Below are positions 18,663-33,630 of a DNA stretch of 64,000 nt, in pieces. This DNA comes from Eledone cirrhosa (taxonomy: Eukaryota). The DNA lies in contig OZ024740.1 in NCBI GenBank assembly GCA_964016885.1, positions 398,536,001 through 398,600,000 of the forward strand. Direction: 5' to 3'. A model generated the notes under the pieces. It did no database searches, was not told the origin of the DNA, and saw nothing but the letters and a program-made list of their open reading frames with translations. The position numbers and the translations under genes were made by a program. Each line of letters starts with the position of its first letter. The first letter of the stretch is position 1.

Positions 18663-19906
18663 ATCATATAAAGACTGAAATGTCTGTTGTACGACCAATT
18701 CCAAAACTGACTCAGAATCAGTCTTCTTACATTGACCATATTCGTAAGTTGCCAATTGTTCATTTACACCGGGACCAAACACTGTACCAGAATCATGAAT
18801 TACAATCTAATGCGTTGGCTGCTGCAGCATTGGCAGTGTCGAATAAAATTCAAGCTGAAGTTCCCATCACAAGAGAGAGTGCTTTTCGACCAATACCCCA
18901 GAAGAAACCGTCCTCATCAATGCCAACGTTATATGTTAGTGATTGCCAGACCTGCATTCCAAAAGCCACACATATTACTGAACTGCACCGTATACCTCAC
19001 TATTTGGATAGACTTTTAATGCATTCATACGAACCGTTTTTTGCGTCACCTTACTCTAAGAATGGTTTTCTGACAGCTATGGACCAAACACGTTCGTGTT
19101 TCACCTATGGACTTGCCGAGCAATGTTTCTCGGCTTTTAATCCTCATTTTGGACAATATGAAAAATCAAATTTGAAAGACGGTTTTTGTAAATTAAATCT
19201 AACCAATTCCAGTTCAAATATATTTTCTCAACCTTCACAACAATTGCCTTCTTTTGACAATAGTAAGACTGCATCAACACTATCTGCAGCTTCTATGCAT
19301 CCTTCACCTCGCAAACACTGGCACGACAGTAGTATTCTTTCCTTTTTCAACTTACCAACAAACCCCATTTTTGGAATCGGTACAAACTCAACAACGATAG
19401 CAACATCATCTCCAAGTAAATCTCTATCAACTGCAATTGAGAAGGATTATCGACAGCCTATGAACCATCCACCACGTTACCAATGTGAGGCTTGTAAAAA
19501 AAGTTATGCTACTTTCGGTGGTCTATCAAAACACAAACAATTACACTGTATGTCTCAAGTGAAGCGGGAATTTAGTTGTAAGTTCTGCTGTAAGTCATAT
19601 GCTTCACTCGGGGCTTTAAAAATGCACATTCGCACACATACACTCCCTTGTCGATGCAAACTGTGCGGTAAAGCTTTCAGCCGCCCATGGTTATTACAAG
19701 GACACATTCGTACACACACAGGAGAAAAGCCATTTAAATGTCCTCACTGTGGGAGGGCGTTTGCTGACCGCTCCAACTTGCGTGCGCATTTACAAACACA
19801 TTCTGACGTTAAAAAGTATGGATGCAAATCGTGCGAGAAGACTTTTTCAAGAATGTCACTTCTTATAAAGCATGAAGACAGTAGCTGCCCAGGTTTACGA
19901 AGTTAG
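18663..19906 (+). CDS. snail: Snail/Slug/Escargot-family zinc-finger transcription factor, terminal coding exon (ORF from ATG 18680, 408 aa)
   Basis: Five C-terminal fingers with Snail signatures [40 protein letters not shown] and [20 protein letters not shown], and a final C2HC finger. Polypyrimidine tract plus ttttacAG acceptor at 18661-18662 reads in frame (phase 1) into the ORF. Confidence 0.95.
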
Positions 19907-20983
19907 CTATGAAAATAACAACGTAAGCTCGAAATATTTTGAATATTTCAGAAGTAACTGTATCTTGTAGACTCTTACAAGATCTGAAGATTTTTCATTC
20001 AGAATTAAAGCAATATAAAAAGTATTTTTTTCCCAGTTATTTGTATTTTAGAAGGTTTGGTGATTGTAAAATCAAAAGATGTCGTCATACTCAAGGTTAT
20101 CAGTTTTGAAATATTCAAAGCCTTTGTTTATTGTTAGATATGTGTGACAAGTCTCTGGGGCCTTTGACTAACTTATTAAAAAAATAACTCCTAGTCAAAA
20201 TAATTCTGTGCAATGTCAAACTCTCAGATATTGTCAAACACATATCTACATCTGCTACACAGATTTACCTCCGTTACATCGAACATTTGTAAAACAATCG
20301 TAATGAATTTACCTCCATGTCGTTGTCACACTATCGATAACACATTTGCTTCCATTGATGTCATACCATCGGTAATAGATTTACCTCTATAACATCATAC
20401 GATCGACAATAGACTTACTTCCATATCGTCAGACACTGTTGTATTAACACTAAGATACGACTTGTCTACAGTACTGTTGAGAGCAAATCTGGGGTCATGC
20501 TACGAGATACGGGTCTACAACTATGCTATTGAACATAAATATACTGTAATTCTATTGAAGATGGGTTTGCTATCAAACACTATTGAACTCTGATCTATCT
20601 ACCTTTTGGTAAATTTTCAATATAAGAATATATTTCATGAACCACATCAAATCACACATACAGACATATGCGTAATTGCGCAGACGCTTTCTCCGGAGCA
20701 CGATCATAATATATATCGGCTGACGATCTTGTGTAACTTTTATATTATGGTTTTATTTTATACTTCAATGTCATTGCTCCATATTTCCACTTGCTTTTAC
20801 GATTTACTCTACGAAGTATCTTATTCTCTTTTATGAGAGGATTCGATATATTCAGTGCCTTCCACAAAACTATTATGTAATCTTCTAAGATACACATCAT
20901 ATGACATTTTCTAGTAAATTCTGCGCTCCACTACTTTATGATTCTGTTTCTTTTCTGTATTTATATCAAGTAAATAGAGAAGT

Positions 20984-20989
20984 ATTAAA
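20984..20989 (+). promoter_or_regulatory. Candidate poly(A) signal (ATTAAA) of the snail transcript
   Basis: Ends a TE-free AT-rich stretch of about 1.1 kb after the stop and is preceded by a TGTA/TATTTAT motif. Not verified. Confidence 0.3.
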
Positions 20990-22110
20990 TGTTTTTAACT
21001 GAACACACTCATGACTCCTCTGCCGTGAAAAACCAACAGCAGAAACGTTGTGTGATGGTTCTATCTGCTTCAAATAGTAGCCAAATGTCACTCGAATCTC
21101 ACCCAGCCGTCTTAAAAGAGGAAGACAAATTGGACAATATAATCACTACTGTACATTAAGATAAAATAGTCATAGCTGAAATTAAATAATATGATTCTAG
21201 AAACATTGGAAATTTCTCTGATCATCGATCTGCTCTATCAAGGTTAACCTAGGCTAAACTACAATAGCAATAAGAACAACAATCTTCTGTGCAGCTGACA
21301 TTCGGCTATTGCATATCTTCATTTTATACAATAATTTGTTGCTGGTGGCAGTGGTTTACGGTGGGGCGGGGGGGGTTAACTTCAGATCTGTCCTGATTGA
21401 GTCGACCTATGATCAAAGAGATTCCATTATAATTTGTGAAAGATTTGATTGCTCTTTCTAGCAGGTTGAACAAACCCCGTAGAGGTGCCCTCATTGTCTC
21501 GAAACTAAAGTAGTACATTTGTGAGCCGGAACAACTGCTTATATTTATTAGATACTTCAAGGAAGTGATGTGGCAGAGTTGCTGTGGATTCGGATTAAAT
21601 GTTTTGCAGTATTTGTTCTGGCCCTCCGCATTCTCATCCTTTTGGAGTCGATAAATAAAGTACCAGTCTAGGGTGAGGAGTTGACAAAATTGTAAGAGTG
21701 TGGGGCACGATACCTTGAAAAGTATCACCTCTCTCTCTCGCTCTCTCTCTATCTATCCTCTATCTCAGCGCAACAGCAGATTGTATATGAAGAACAAAAA
21801 GAATGTATTTGTTAGTAAAGTCATAAGAGAGATAAAAAAGACATAGATAGCGAGAGATATTTTATAAATAGCTACGTTCAGAAAATGAATATATATATAT
21901 ACATGAGATATACATTGAATATTATTTTTTTTTTATATATAATGCAAGAAAATATAGTTTTAGATATTTAATTTTAATAAGAGAATTAGACAGGCGATCT
22001 GTTGTATAATAAACAACATGGTGTCCAAGCAAGTGAGAGATATTTGTTTCTGATCCAATCAGGGGATCGTTTCCTTTTACTGACTCAAATTGGTTCTTAT
22101 AATTTCTTAT

Positions 22111-22292
22111 GGTGGATTGGCAGTATCGGTAGAGGGTCGGACGCCATGCTTTCCAGCAGAGTTACGTCCCTTTACGATCTGAGTTCAAATCCCGCCGAGG
22201 TTGACTTTGCCTTTCATCCTTACGGGGTCGATAAAATAAAGTACCAGTAATGCACTGGATAATTTCTGGCCTTGTGCCTAAAGTAGAAACAA
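22111..22292 (+). mobile_element. SINE family A
   Basis: Consensus match. Confidence 0.88.
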
Positions 22293-22299
22293 TAATTTC

Positions 22300-22515
22300 T
22301 TATATATATATATATATATAATATATATATATATATAATATATAGTATATATAATATATATATATAATATATTATATATATATATATAATATATATATAT
22401 ATATAATAAATATATAATATATAGTATATATATAATATATAGTATATATAATATATATATATAATATATAATATATATATATATAATATATATATATATA
22501 ATATATAATATATAT

Positions 22516-22584
<69 letters not shown>

Positions 22585-23016
22585 ATATACATATATATAA
22601 TATATATATATAAAATATATATATAATATATACTATATATATATATAATATATAATATATAAAATATATATATAATATATATATATATAATATATATATA
22701 TATAATATATATATATAATATATATATACATATAATATATATATATAATATATATATATATATAATATATATATATATATAATATATATATATATAATAT
22801 ATATATATATAATATATATATATATATAATATATATATATATAATATATATATATATATAAAATATATATATATATAATATATCATATATATAATATATA
22901 TATATATATAATATATATATATATATAATATATATATATATAATATATATATATATAATATATATATATATATAATATATATATAATATATATATATATA
23001 TAATATATATATATAT

Positions 23017-23081
<65 letters not shown>

Positions 23082-23664
23082 ATATATATATATATATATA
23101 ATATATATATAATATATATAATATATATATATATATAATATATATATATATATAATATATATATAATATATATATATATATAATATATATATAATATATA
23201 TATATAATATATATATATATAATATATAATATATATTATATATTATATATATATATATTATATATATATATATTATATATATATTATATATATAATATAT
23301 ATATATATAATATATATATATATAATATATAATATATATTATATATTATATATATATATATATTATATATATATATATTATATATATATTATATATATAT
23401 ATATATTATATATCATATATTATATATATATATATATTATATATATATATATTATATATATTATATATATATTATATATATATATATTATATATATATAT
23501 ATTATATATATATATATTATATATATATATTATATATATATATATTATATATATATATTATATATATATATATTATATATAATATATATATTATATATAT
23601 ATTATATATATATATATTATATATATATATATATTATATATATATATATTATATATATATATAT

Positions 23665-23696
<32 letters not shown>

Positions 23697-23748
23697 ATAT
23701 TATATATATATATATTATATATATATATATTATATATATATATATATC

Positions 23749-23783
<35 letters not shown>

Positions 23784-24067
23784 ATATATTATATATATAT
23801 TATATATATATATTATATATATATATTATATATATATATAAAATATATATATATTATATATATATATATTATATATATATATATTATATATATATTATAT
23901 ATATATTATATATATATTATATATATATATTATATATATATATTATATATATATATTATATATATATATTATATATATATATTATATATATATATTATAT
24001 ATATATATTATATATATATTATATTTATATATATATTATATATATATTTTATATATTATATATATAT

Positions 24068-24120
<53 letters not shown>

Positions 24121-24141
24121 ATATATTATATATATATATAT

Positions 24142-24216
<75 letters not shown>

Positions 24217-24289
24217 TTATATATATTATATATTAATATATATATATATTTATATATATATTATATATATATATATTATATATATATAT

Positions 24290-24323
<34 letters not shown>

Positions 24324-24351
24324 ATTATATATATATATATTATATATATTA

Positions 24352-24445
<94 letters not shown>

Positions 24446-24488
24446 ATATATTATATATATAATTATATATATATATATTATATATATA
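22300..24488. repeat. 2.2-kb (TA)n tract with AA-type then TT-type interruptions
   Basis: Directly visible. Confidence 0.95.
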
Positions 24489-24690
24489 TGATATTAAATA
24501 AATGGAAACTATATTTATAAAACCATATTTATTTCGTTATATATATTTCAGGGATATCATATTAACAATATGTTATGCCATCTTCAGACATTTAATATCA
24601 TAAATATACTCCAAATACTTGTTGAGTGCTTTTATATCAGTTATAAATATTTACTCGTTGTTAACCCAACAATTTAAATATAACTTTACA
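24489..24690. mobile_element. Inverted solo pLTR of the Naiad-1 family, HHR at 24530-24590 (-)
   Basis: The left half matches 40015-40113 in the same orientation. The right half is the reverse complement of 39922-40020. Minus strand reads CTGAAGA...CCCT-GAA-ATATATAT-A. Confidence 0.8.
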
Positions 24691-24875
24691 TATATTATAT
24701 ATATATATATTATATATTATATATATTATATATTATATATATATATATTATATATATATATATTATATATATATTATATATATATATATTATATATATTA
24801 TATATTATATATATATATATATAATATATAATATATATATATATAATATATATATATATAATATATATATAATAT

Positions 24876-24907
<32 letters not shown>

Positions 24908-25227
24908 ATATATATAATATATATATATATATATGTATAATATATAATATATATATATATATAATATATATATATATATAATATATATATAATATATATA
25001 TATATAATATATATATATATAATATATATATATATAATATATATATATATAATATATATATATATATAATATATATATATATAATATATAATATATATAA
25101 TATATATATATATGTATAATATATAATATACATTTATATAATATATATATATATATATATACATAATATATATATATAATATATAATATATATATAATAT
25201 ATATATATATAATATATATATATATAT

Positions 25228-26410
25228 CTAAGGCGGATAAAATTCCCGAGATCCATGGACGAGTTCTCTCCAGCGGTCTCTGTCCCTCATTATCGCTGCC
25301 ATGTCCTCTACGTCTCCAACAGTCCAGTGTCTGACCTTAGGGCATCAACATACGTCAACCTTGGTCTTCCTCTTCCAGTGTGTCCATGTAGGGGCTCCCA
25401 AAGGAGCACTGAGTGCAATGTCAACTCTGGATGTCGGTGAGCATGTCCAACTAACCTCAGTCTCCTCTGTGTCACTTTTGAGCTGACTTTTGGGATGCTC
25501 CCATACAGCTCTGAGTTTTTCATCCTCAGTGTATACGGATTAATGTTCAGAGCCATCCTCAGCATTCTCGTGTAGCACCCATCCACCATCTGAGTGAGTT
25601 TCTTGGTCAGTGTCCAAGTCTCAGACCCATACAGCAGCACAGACTCCACTACAGCAATGAAGAGGCGGATTTTCAGGTCTCTACGAAGGTCCGACTTCCA
25701 CACCGATCTCAAGCTGTGACACGCCGCCCAGGCCTATGCTCTTCCTCTCAACCACATCATCTTCCGTATTCCTAATCTTTGCTCCCAAATACAAGAAGTC
25801 CTCAACCAATTCTAGCAGCTTCCCGCCTACATTAGTGATCCCCTCTGGCTTCTCAACATTCTCTACCAGATATTTTGTTTTAGTCTCATTCATTCTCAGC
25901 CCCACACTCATCGACACAGTCTCAACCTCCCGCATCAAATCCTCTGCCTTCATGTATTTGTCACCAAAACTATGTCGTCGGCAAATTCAGCATCCGATAC
26001 CTACAGTAAAGCCAGAGTCCTGGTGTTTCTCCAGTGCAAGGCGCATACAATAGTCCACTACGATGATAAAAAGGTAGGGAGCCAATGTATCTCCCTGGAG
26101 CACTCCAGCCAGTATCTCAAAGAACTCTGTCATCTCATCAGGTGTAATGACTTAGGCGTTGGTGTTGGTGTAGAGCAGTGATATCAGGTCCACTATCTTC
26201 TTGGGGATTCCATAAGCCTGTAAGATCTTCATCAGGCAGTAACGGTCCACAGAATCAAAGGCCTTCCTAAAGTCAATGAAAACCATGACTGCAGGAAGGC
26301 ACTTTGCTCTAGCTCCCTCTAATATCCTCCTCAGCATCAGGATATGACTGGTGGTTGATCTACCCTCTCTGAAGCCGTTCTGGTTGTCCCTGAGCTTCTT
26401 CACCATCTCA
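25228..26410 (-). mobile_element. RTE-clade LINE, 5'-truncated RT pseudogene (copy 1)
   Basis: NQNGFREGRST, FIDFRKAFDSV, GVLQGDTLAP, FLYLGA, LLYGSETW, GRPR motifs. The ORF stop abuts (TA)n. Frameshifted. Confidence 0.93.
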
Positions 26411-26615
26411 ATATATATATATAATATATATAATATATAATATATATATATATAATATATATATATATAATATATATATATATATAATATATATATATAT
26501 AATATATATATATATTATATTATATTATATATATATATATTATATATATATATATATTATATATATATATATATTATATATATATATATATTATATATAT
26601 ATATATATTATATAT

Positions 26616-26649
<34 letters not shown>

Positions 26650-26780
26650 ATTATATATATATATATATTATATATATATATATTATATATATATATATTA
26701 TATATATATTATATATAATATATATATATATTATATTATATTATATATAATATATATAATATAATATATATATATATATA

Positions 26781-28775
26781 ACTCGTTGCAGGGAGATCCG
26801 CTACACGGTTTCACTCCTCATCCTTAACCCATCTGAAGAAGGATATTTTTAAGCGATGTGTACAACTTATCGCTGTTTCAGCTCTGCTGTTGATGAGCTC
26901 GTGGGGTGCAGTTATGATGTGGTAGAGCTCAATGAGGCAAAGATCGCACTTCCTCTTGAAGTTGTACGGTGCAGCCCTGCCGACAATATTCCAGTGCATG
27001 GAGAAGCTGCTGTTTAAGTCCTTTAATGATGTGATGTAGTCCGCGAGCGAAGTGAAGTGTCTTAATTTCTTAAGCTGTGAAAGAGTGGAGATGTGTTCGA
27101 AACCTAATTTTGAACGGGCCGGAGGTAGCCCCTATATAATGTTTAACGCTATTGTGGCTAGTTACAGTGCATCTATATATAACCCTATCAGTCAAGCAGT
27201 ATCCTCTAAGGGAGCAGCGTCCCCTGTCGCGGCAGTTGCAACTTCTGTCGCGGTTCCATCCATTTCCCACGGTAAGGCTATCATTGTTGCTGCCTGCGTT
27301 GTTATCTACGCTCCCGCAGCTGTCGTTAGCACCATTACAACCCACAGCGCGCGGCGTGGTACGATTATTATTCTCCACGTCATGTCCTGCATGTTCCCCG
27401 GTCATTTCGCGGTTATGCTGGTTGCGTCTGCGGAGGCCGTTGCCAGCACTATTGGATGCTGCGAGGGAGTTGTTAAGGCCGATATAGTTATTGTCAGGTG
27501 TAGGTGCGTCTCTGCTAAGGTTCTGTATCTTGGTGATCTTACTGTGGTTCGTTGTTCCTATGATGTCTGCTAGGTTAGGAGTAGTAGAGAAGGATATTTT
27601 TATATTGTTCCTATTAAGAATTTTTCTATACCTATGGCTGGGCGGGAAGTTCTTCTCTAAAGCTTCGAAGAATATCCGGGGTATGTTGGAGGCCACACTC
27701 TGAGAGTAGGGGGTGGAACCATAGGACGTTACGGTGGCGATTACGTGTCCTTGTACGTTTGCTACGGGTGGTTCCGTCTAGGTGACCGTTCTTATGTATG
27801 TTAATGCGCTGTAGCCCGTTAGGTGCCCCTTTCACTTTATGCTCGGATGCACTATTCTTCCTTCTTCCATGTTTATGTACATGAAGATGTTGGTAGGAAG
27901 GCGTTGGTAGTAAGCCGTCGCCTTTGTTGATTTTGTAGTAGGGGAATAGTTTCGAGTAAGCTACAGTGGTCACTGTCGCCGGGGTCGTGATCTTTAGTGC
28001 GATTATCTATTCTATTATATCCGACTCTAACGAGGTCGCCGCGTGATCGGATATAGGTATGGCTTACTATAACGTTCGTTTTATGAGGGGGTGGTTTCTA
28101 GAGCTAGCGTTAGGGATGTAAGAAATTCCTCGGTTAAAGCCGGCGCTTATCAAGGCCCTATTGTAGTAATCTGCCGCTTGGTTGAAAATATCCTCATTGG
28201 CGGATAGCCTCGAGATTCTATGTGAGATACTATAGACTATGGAGTTGAGAGTCTGCTTAGGGTGGTTGGAGGCATAATTAATATAAGAGAGGCACTCTCC
28301 AGGCTTATGGTATGCTTGTATAAGCCCGTACTCAAATCCAGGGTCACGTCCAGGAAGTTAACAACCTGGTGGTTGAGGTCCATAGTTATGGATAGGCCGT
28401 ATGACTTGAGGAACCTGTGTATATGTTTGTTAAGGTTCTCTATCCTACGAGGGCTATGGTTCCTAACGGTAAACAGGGCGTCGTCCTATATACACCTCCT
28501 TGTAGGGCCGGTATCTCGTCCCTAAGCTTATGTAGGAGGTATACCCCGACCAGGTCAGTTGCTTGCGCTGAGTCACTGGACCCCATCGTGACATCGAAGT
28601 TATCAGGACGGTTAGTTCCGGTCCAGTGGGAGCCTTCGAACTGGATAATGGTTCTACGCGCCGCTAGAACTATGTCTATTTCTTTTTAGTGAGGCTAGTG
28701 TTAGATTTAGCTAAGATGAGTGCCTTATTTAAGACTATGGAGGAAAGAGAGGTGTAGTAACTATCTATGTCAAAT
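26781..28775 (-). mobile_element. Naiad-type Penelope-like element (family 2), RT plus GIY-YIG, decayed
   Basis: NFDVTMGSSDSAQATDLVG, VNFLDVTLDL, CNCRDRGRC (CxCx5C linker), VIY..YIG, KCDLC..CTHR. Confidence 0.9.
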
Positions 28776-29112
28776 GTCTCAAAATAAGCGTTGATTACAT
28801 GACACTGTGCGTATCGACAATGGTAAGGTTGTAACAACATCTTGTAACGGATAAATAAAATTTGTCCGGGAAAGACTGCCCTAACACCAGCCAGAGTTAC
28901 CTCCCTTGACCTGCTGCAAAATCAAAACACGCTATTTTGCGAGCAATTAATCTTGACGTGAACATAAACCCAAAAACTCTTCCGAGCAATGTAAGGAACA
29001 CTTTTGGTTATTTATGTCCTTGAGAAGGCCAACTGGGCGAAGCGTATGTAGGTGCTGTGTTAAATAAACATGTTTTAACGGTCTATTTTCCGATTTCTTA
29101 CTTTTCCACGTG
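28776..29112 (+). mobile_element. Probable pLTR abutting Naiad-2 in opposite orientation, with a degenerate U3:A8 HHR at 29018-29052
   Basis: cc-TTGAGAA-g-GCC(aactg)GGC-GAAG-cgtatGTA-gg, then AATAAA and a T-rich end into (TA)n. Confidence 0.5.
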
Positions 29113-29380
29113 TATATATATAATATATATATATAATATATATATAATATATATATAAAATATATATATATATATAATATATATATAAAATATATATATA
29201 TGTATAATATATATATATATATATAATATATATATATATAATATATATATATATATGTATATAATATATATATATATAATATATATATATAATATATATA
29301 TAATATATATATATAATATATATATAAAATATATATATAATATATATATATATAATATATATATATAATATATATATAAT

Positions 29381-29414
<34 letters not shown>

Positions 29415-29446
29415 ATATTAATATATATAATATATATATATAATAT

Positions 29447-29478
<32 letters not shown>

Positions 29479-29552
29479 ATATATATATATATATAATATT
29501 CATATATATAATATATATATATATATATATAATATATATATATATAATATAT

Positions 29553-29601
<49 letters not shown>

Positions 29602-29969
29602 TATATAATATATATATATAATATGTATATATATAATTTATATATATGATATATATATATATATTATATATATATTATGTATATATATATATAATATATA
29701 TATATATAATGTATATATATAATACAGAGATATGATACCAGAATAACAATCAATATTTCATAGTAATAATAAATACGGAAAGTTACGCTTAAAAGGTATC
29801 TGGAAATACTCATCTCAGGCCAAATCAAGAGTATAAAATTTAATACATTAACAGAGAAAGCTTTAAGCTATACTCTGACTGGCTTCCATCTCACTCAACA
29901 AACATTAGGATATACCTTAGTATAATCCTAACATATATATATATATTATATATATATATTATATATATA

Positions 29970-30018
<49 letters not shown>

Positions 30019-30182
30019 ATTATATATATATTATATAAATATATATATTATATATTTATATATTATATATATATTATATATATATATATATTATATATAT
30101 ATATATATTATATATATATATATTATATATATATATAATATATATGTATATATAATATATATGTATATATAATATATATATA

Positions 30183-30229
<47 letters not shown>

Positions 30230-30361
30230 ATATTATATATATATAAATATATAATATATATATATATATAATATATATATATATATATAATATATATATA
30301 TATATTATATATATATATATATAATAAATATATATATATATATAATATATATATATATATT

Positions 30362-30406
<45 letters not shown>

Positions 30407-30450
30407 ATATATATATATATATATAATATTTATATAATATATATATATAT

Positions 30451-30495
<45 letters not shown>

Positions 30496-30724
30496 ATATA
30501 CGTTCCTTCACGCACAAGGGCGCCAAGGTACGCATGTATTGTCCAACCAAATGCCAGTGTGGTTCAATGGCGGGTTAATAAATTAACGAGCCAGAACAAA
30601 TATAAACAAGGTTTAGCAAATATGTATAATATATATAATATATATATATATATTATATATATATATATTATATATATATATAATATATATATATATTTAT
30701 ATATATATATTTATATATATGTAT

Positions 30725-30755
<31 letters not shown>

Positions 30756-31345
30756 TATATATTATATATATATAATATATATATATAATATATATATAAT
30801 ATATATATATATAATATATATATAATATATATATATATAATATATTTATATAATATATATATATAATATATATATTATATATATATATAATATATATATA
30901 TATAATATATATATATATAATATATTTATATAATATATATATAATATATATATTATATATATATATAATATATATATATATAATATATATATATATAATA
31001 TATATATATTATATATATAATATATATATATATAATATATATATTATATATATATTATATATATATATATAAAATATATATATTATATATATATATATAT
31101 AATATAAATATATATATTATATATATATATATTATATATATATATAATATATATTTATATATAATATATATATATATATATAATATATATATAATATATA
31201 ATATATATATATATAATATAATATATATATATATATATAATATAATATATATATATATAATATATATATATAATATATATATATAATATATATATATATA
31301 CATATATATATAATATATATATAATATATATATATATATGTATAT

Positions 31346-31378
<33 letters not shown>

Positions 31379-31720
31379 ATATATATAATATATATATATA
31401 TTATATATATATATGTTATATATATATATATTATATATATATATTATATATATATATAATTATATATATATATATATTATATATATATATATATATATAA
31501 TATATATATATAATATATATATAATATATATATATATATAATATATATATAATATATGTATATATAATATATTTATATAATATATATTTAATATATATAT
31601 TATATATATATATAATATATATATTATATATATATATAATATATATATATATAATATATATATTATATATATATAATATATATATATATAATATATATAT
31701 ATATAATATATAAATATATA

Positions 31721-31795
<75 letters not shown>

Positions 31796-31840
31796 TATAT
31801 AATATATATATATAGAGATATAGATATATTATATATATAT

Positions 31841-31875
<35 letters not shown>

Positions 31876-31883
31876 AATATATA

Positions 31884-31952
<69 letters not shown>

Positions 31953-32021
31953 TATATAATATATATATATATAATATATATATAATATATATATATAGAG
32001 ATATAGATATATTATATATAT

Positions 32022-32064
<43 letters not shown>

Positions 32065-32069
32065 TATAT

Positions 32070-32105
<36 letters not shown>

Positions 32106-32293
32106 TATATTTTACTCTTTTACCTGTTTCAGCCATCCATATAATATATATATATATATATAATATATATAATATATATATATATATAATATATATATAA
32201 TATATATATATATATTATATTTTACTCTTTTACCTGTTTCAGCCATCCATATAATATATATATATATATATAATATATATATAATATATATAT

Positions 32294-32324
<31 letters not shown>

Positions 32325-32373
32325 ATATATATATATATAATATATATATAATATATATATATGTATATATATA

Positions 32374-32429
32374 ATAGGAACAAGTAAGACACCGACGGCT
32401 GAGCTCAAGCCGTTTCGACGGCTAATTCT
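32374..32429 (-). mobile_element. Family H4 fragment ending in HHR stem II
   Basis: aggaacaagtaagacaccgacggctgagctcaagccgtttcgacggctaattct. Confidence 0.7.
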
Positions 32430-32733
32430 ATATATATATATATATATAATATATATATATATAATACATATGTATATAATATATATATATATATTATATA
32501 TATATATATATAATATATATATATTATATATATATATATATAAAATATATATATTATATATATATATTATATATATATATTATATATATATTTATATTAT
32601 ATAAATATATATATTATATATATATATATAAATATATATATATTATATATATATCATATTTATCTATATATTATATATATATATATTATATATATATTAT
32701 ATATATATATATAATATATATTTATATATAATA

Positions 32734-33624
<891 letters not shown>

Positions 33625-33630
33625 TATATA

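Noticed and set aside
27052-27573. Plus-strand ORFs overlapping PLE/RTE elements (also 37750-38375, 44734-45375)
   Set aside because: They are antisense shadows of the retroelement ORFs.
26811-27696. Selenoprotein-type Naiad
   Set aside because: The Cys positions I read (CxCx5C, CDLC, CxH) are normal Cys codons in both Naiad families, and the shared stop is TAA, not TGA.
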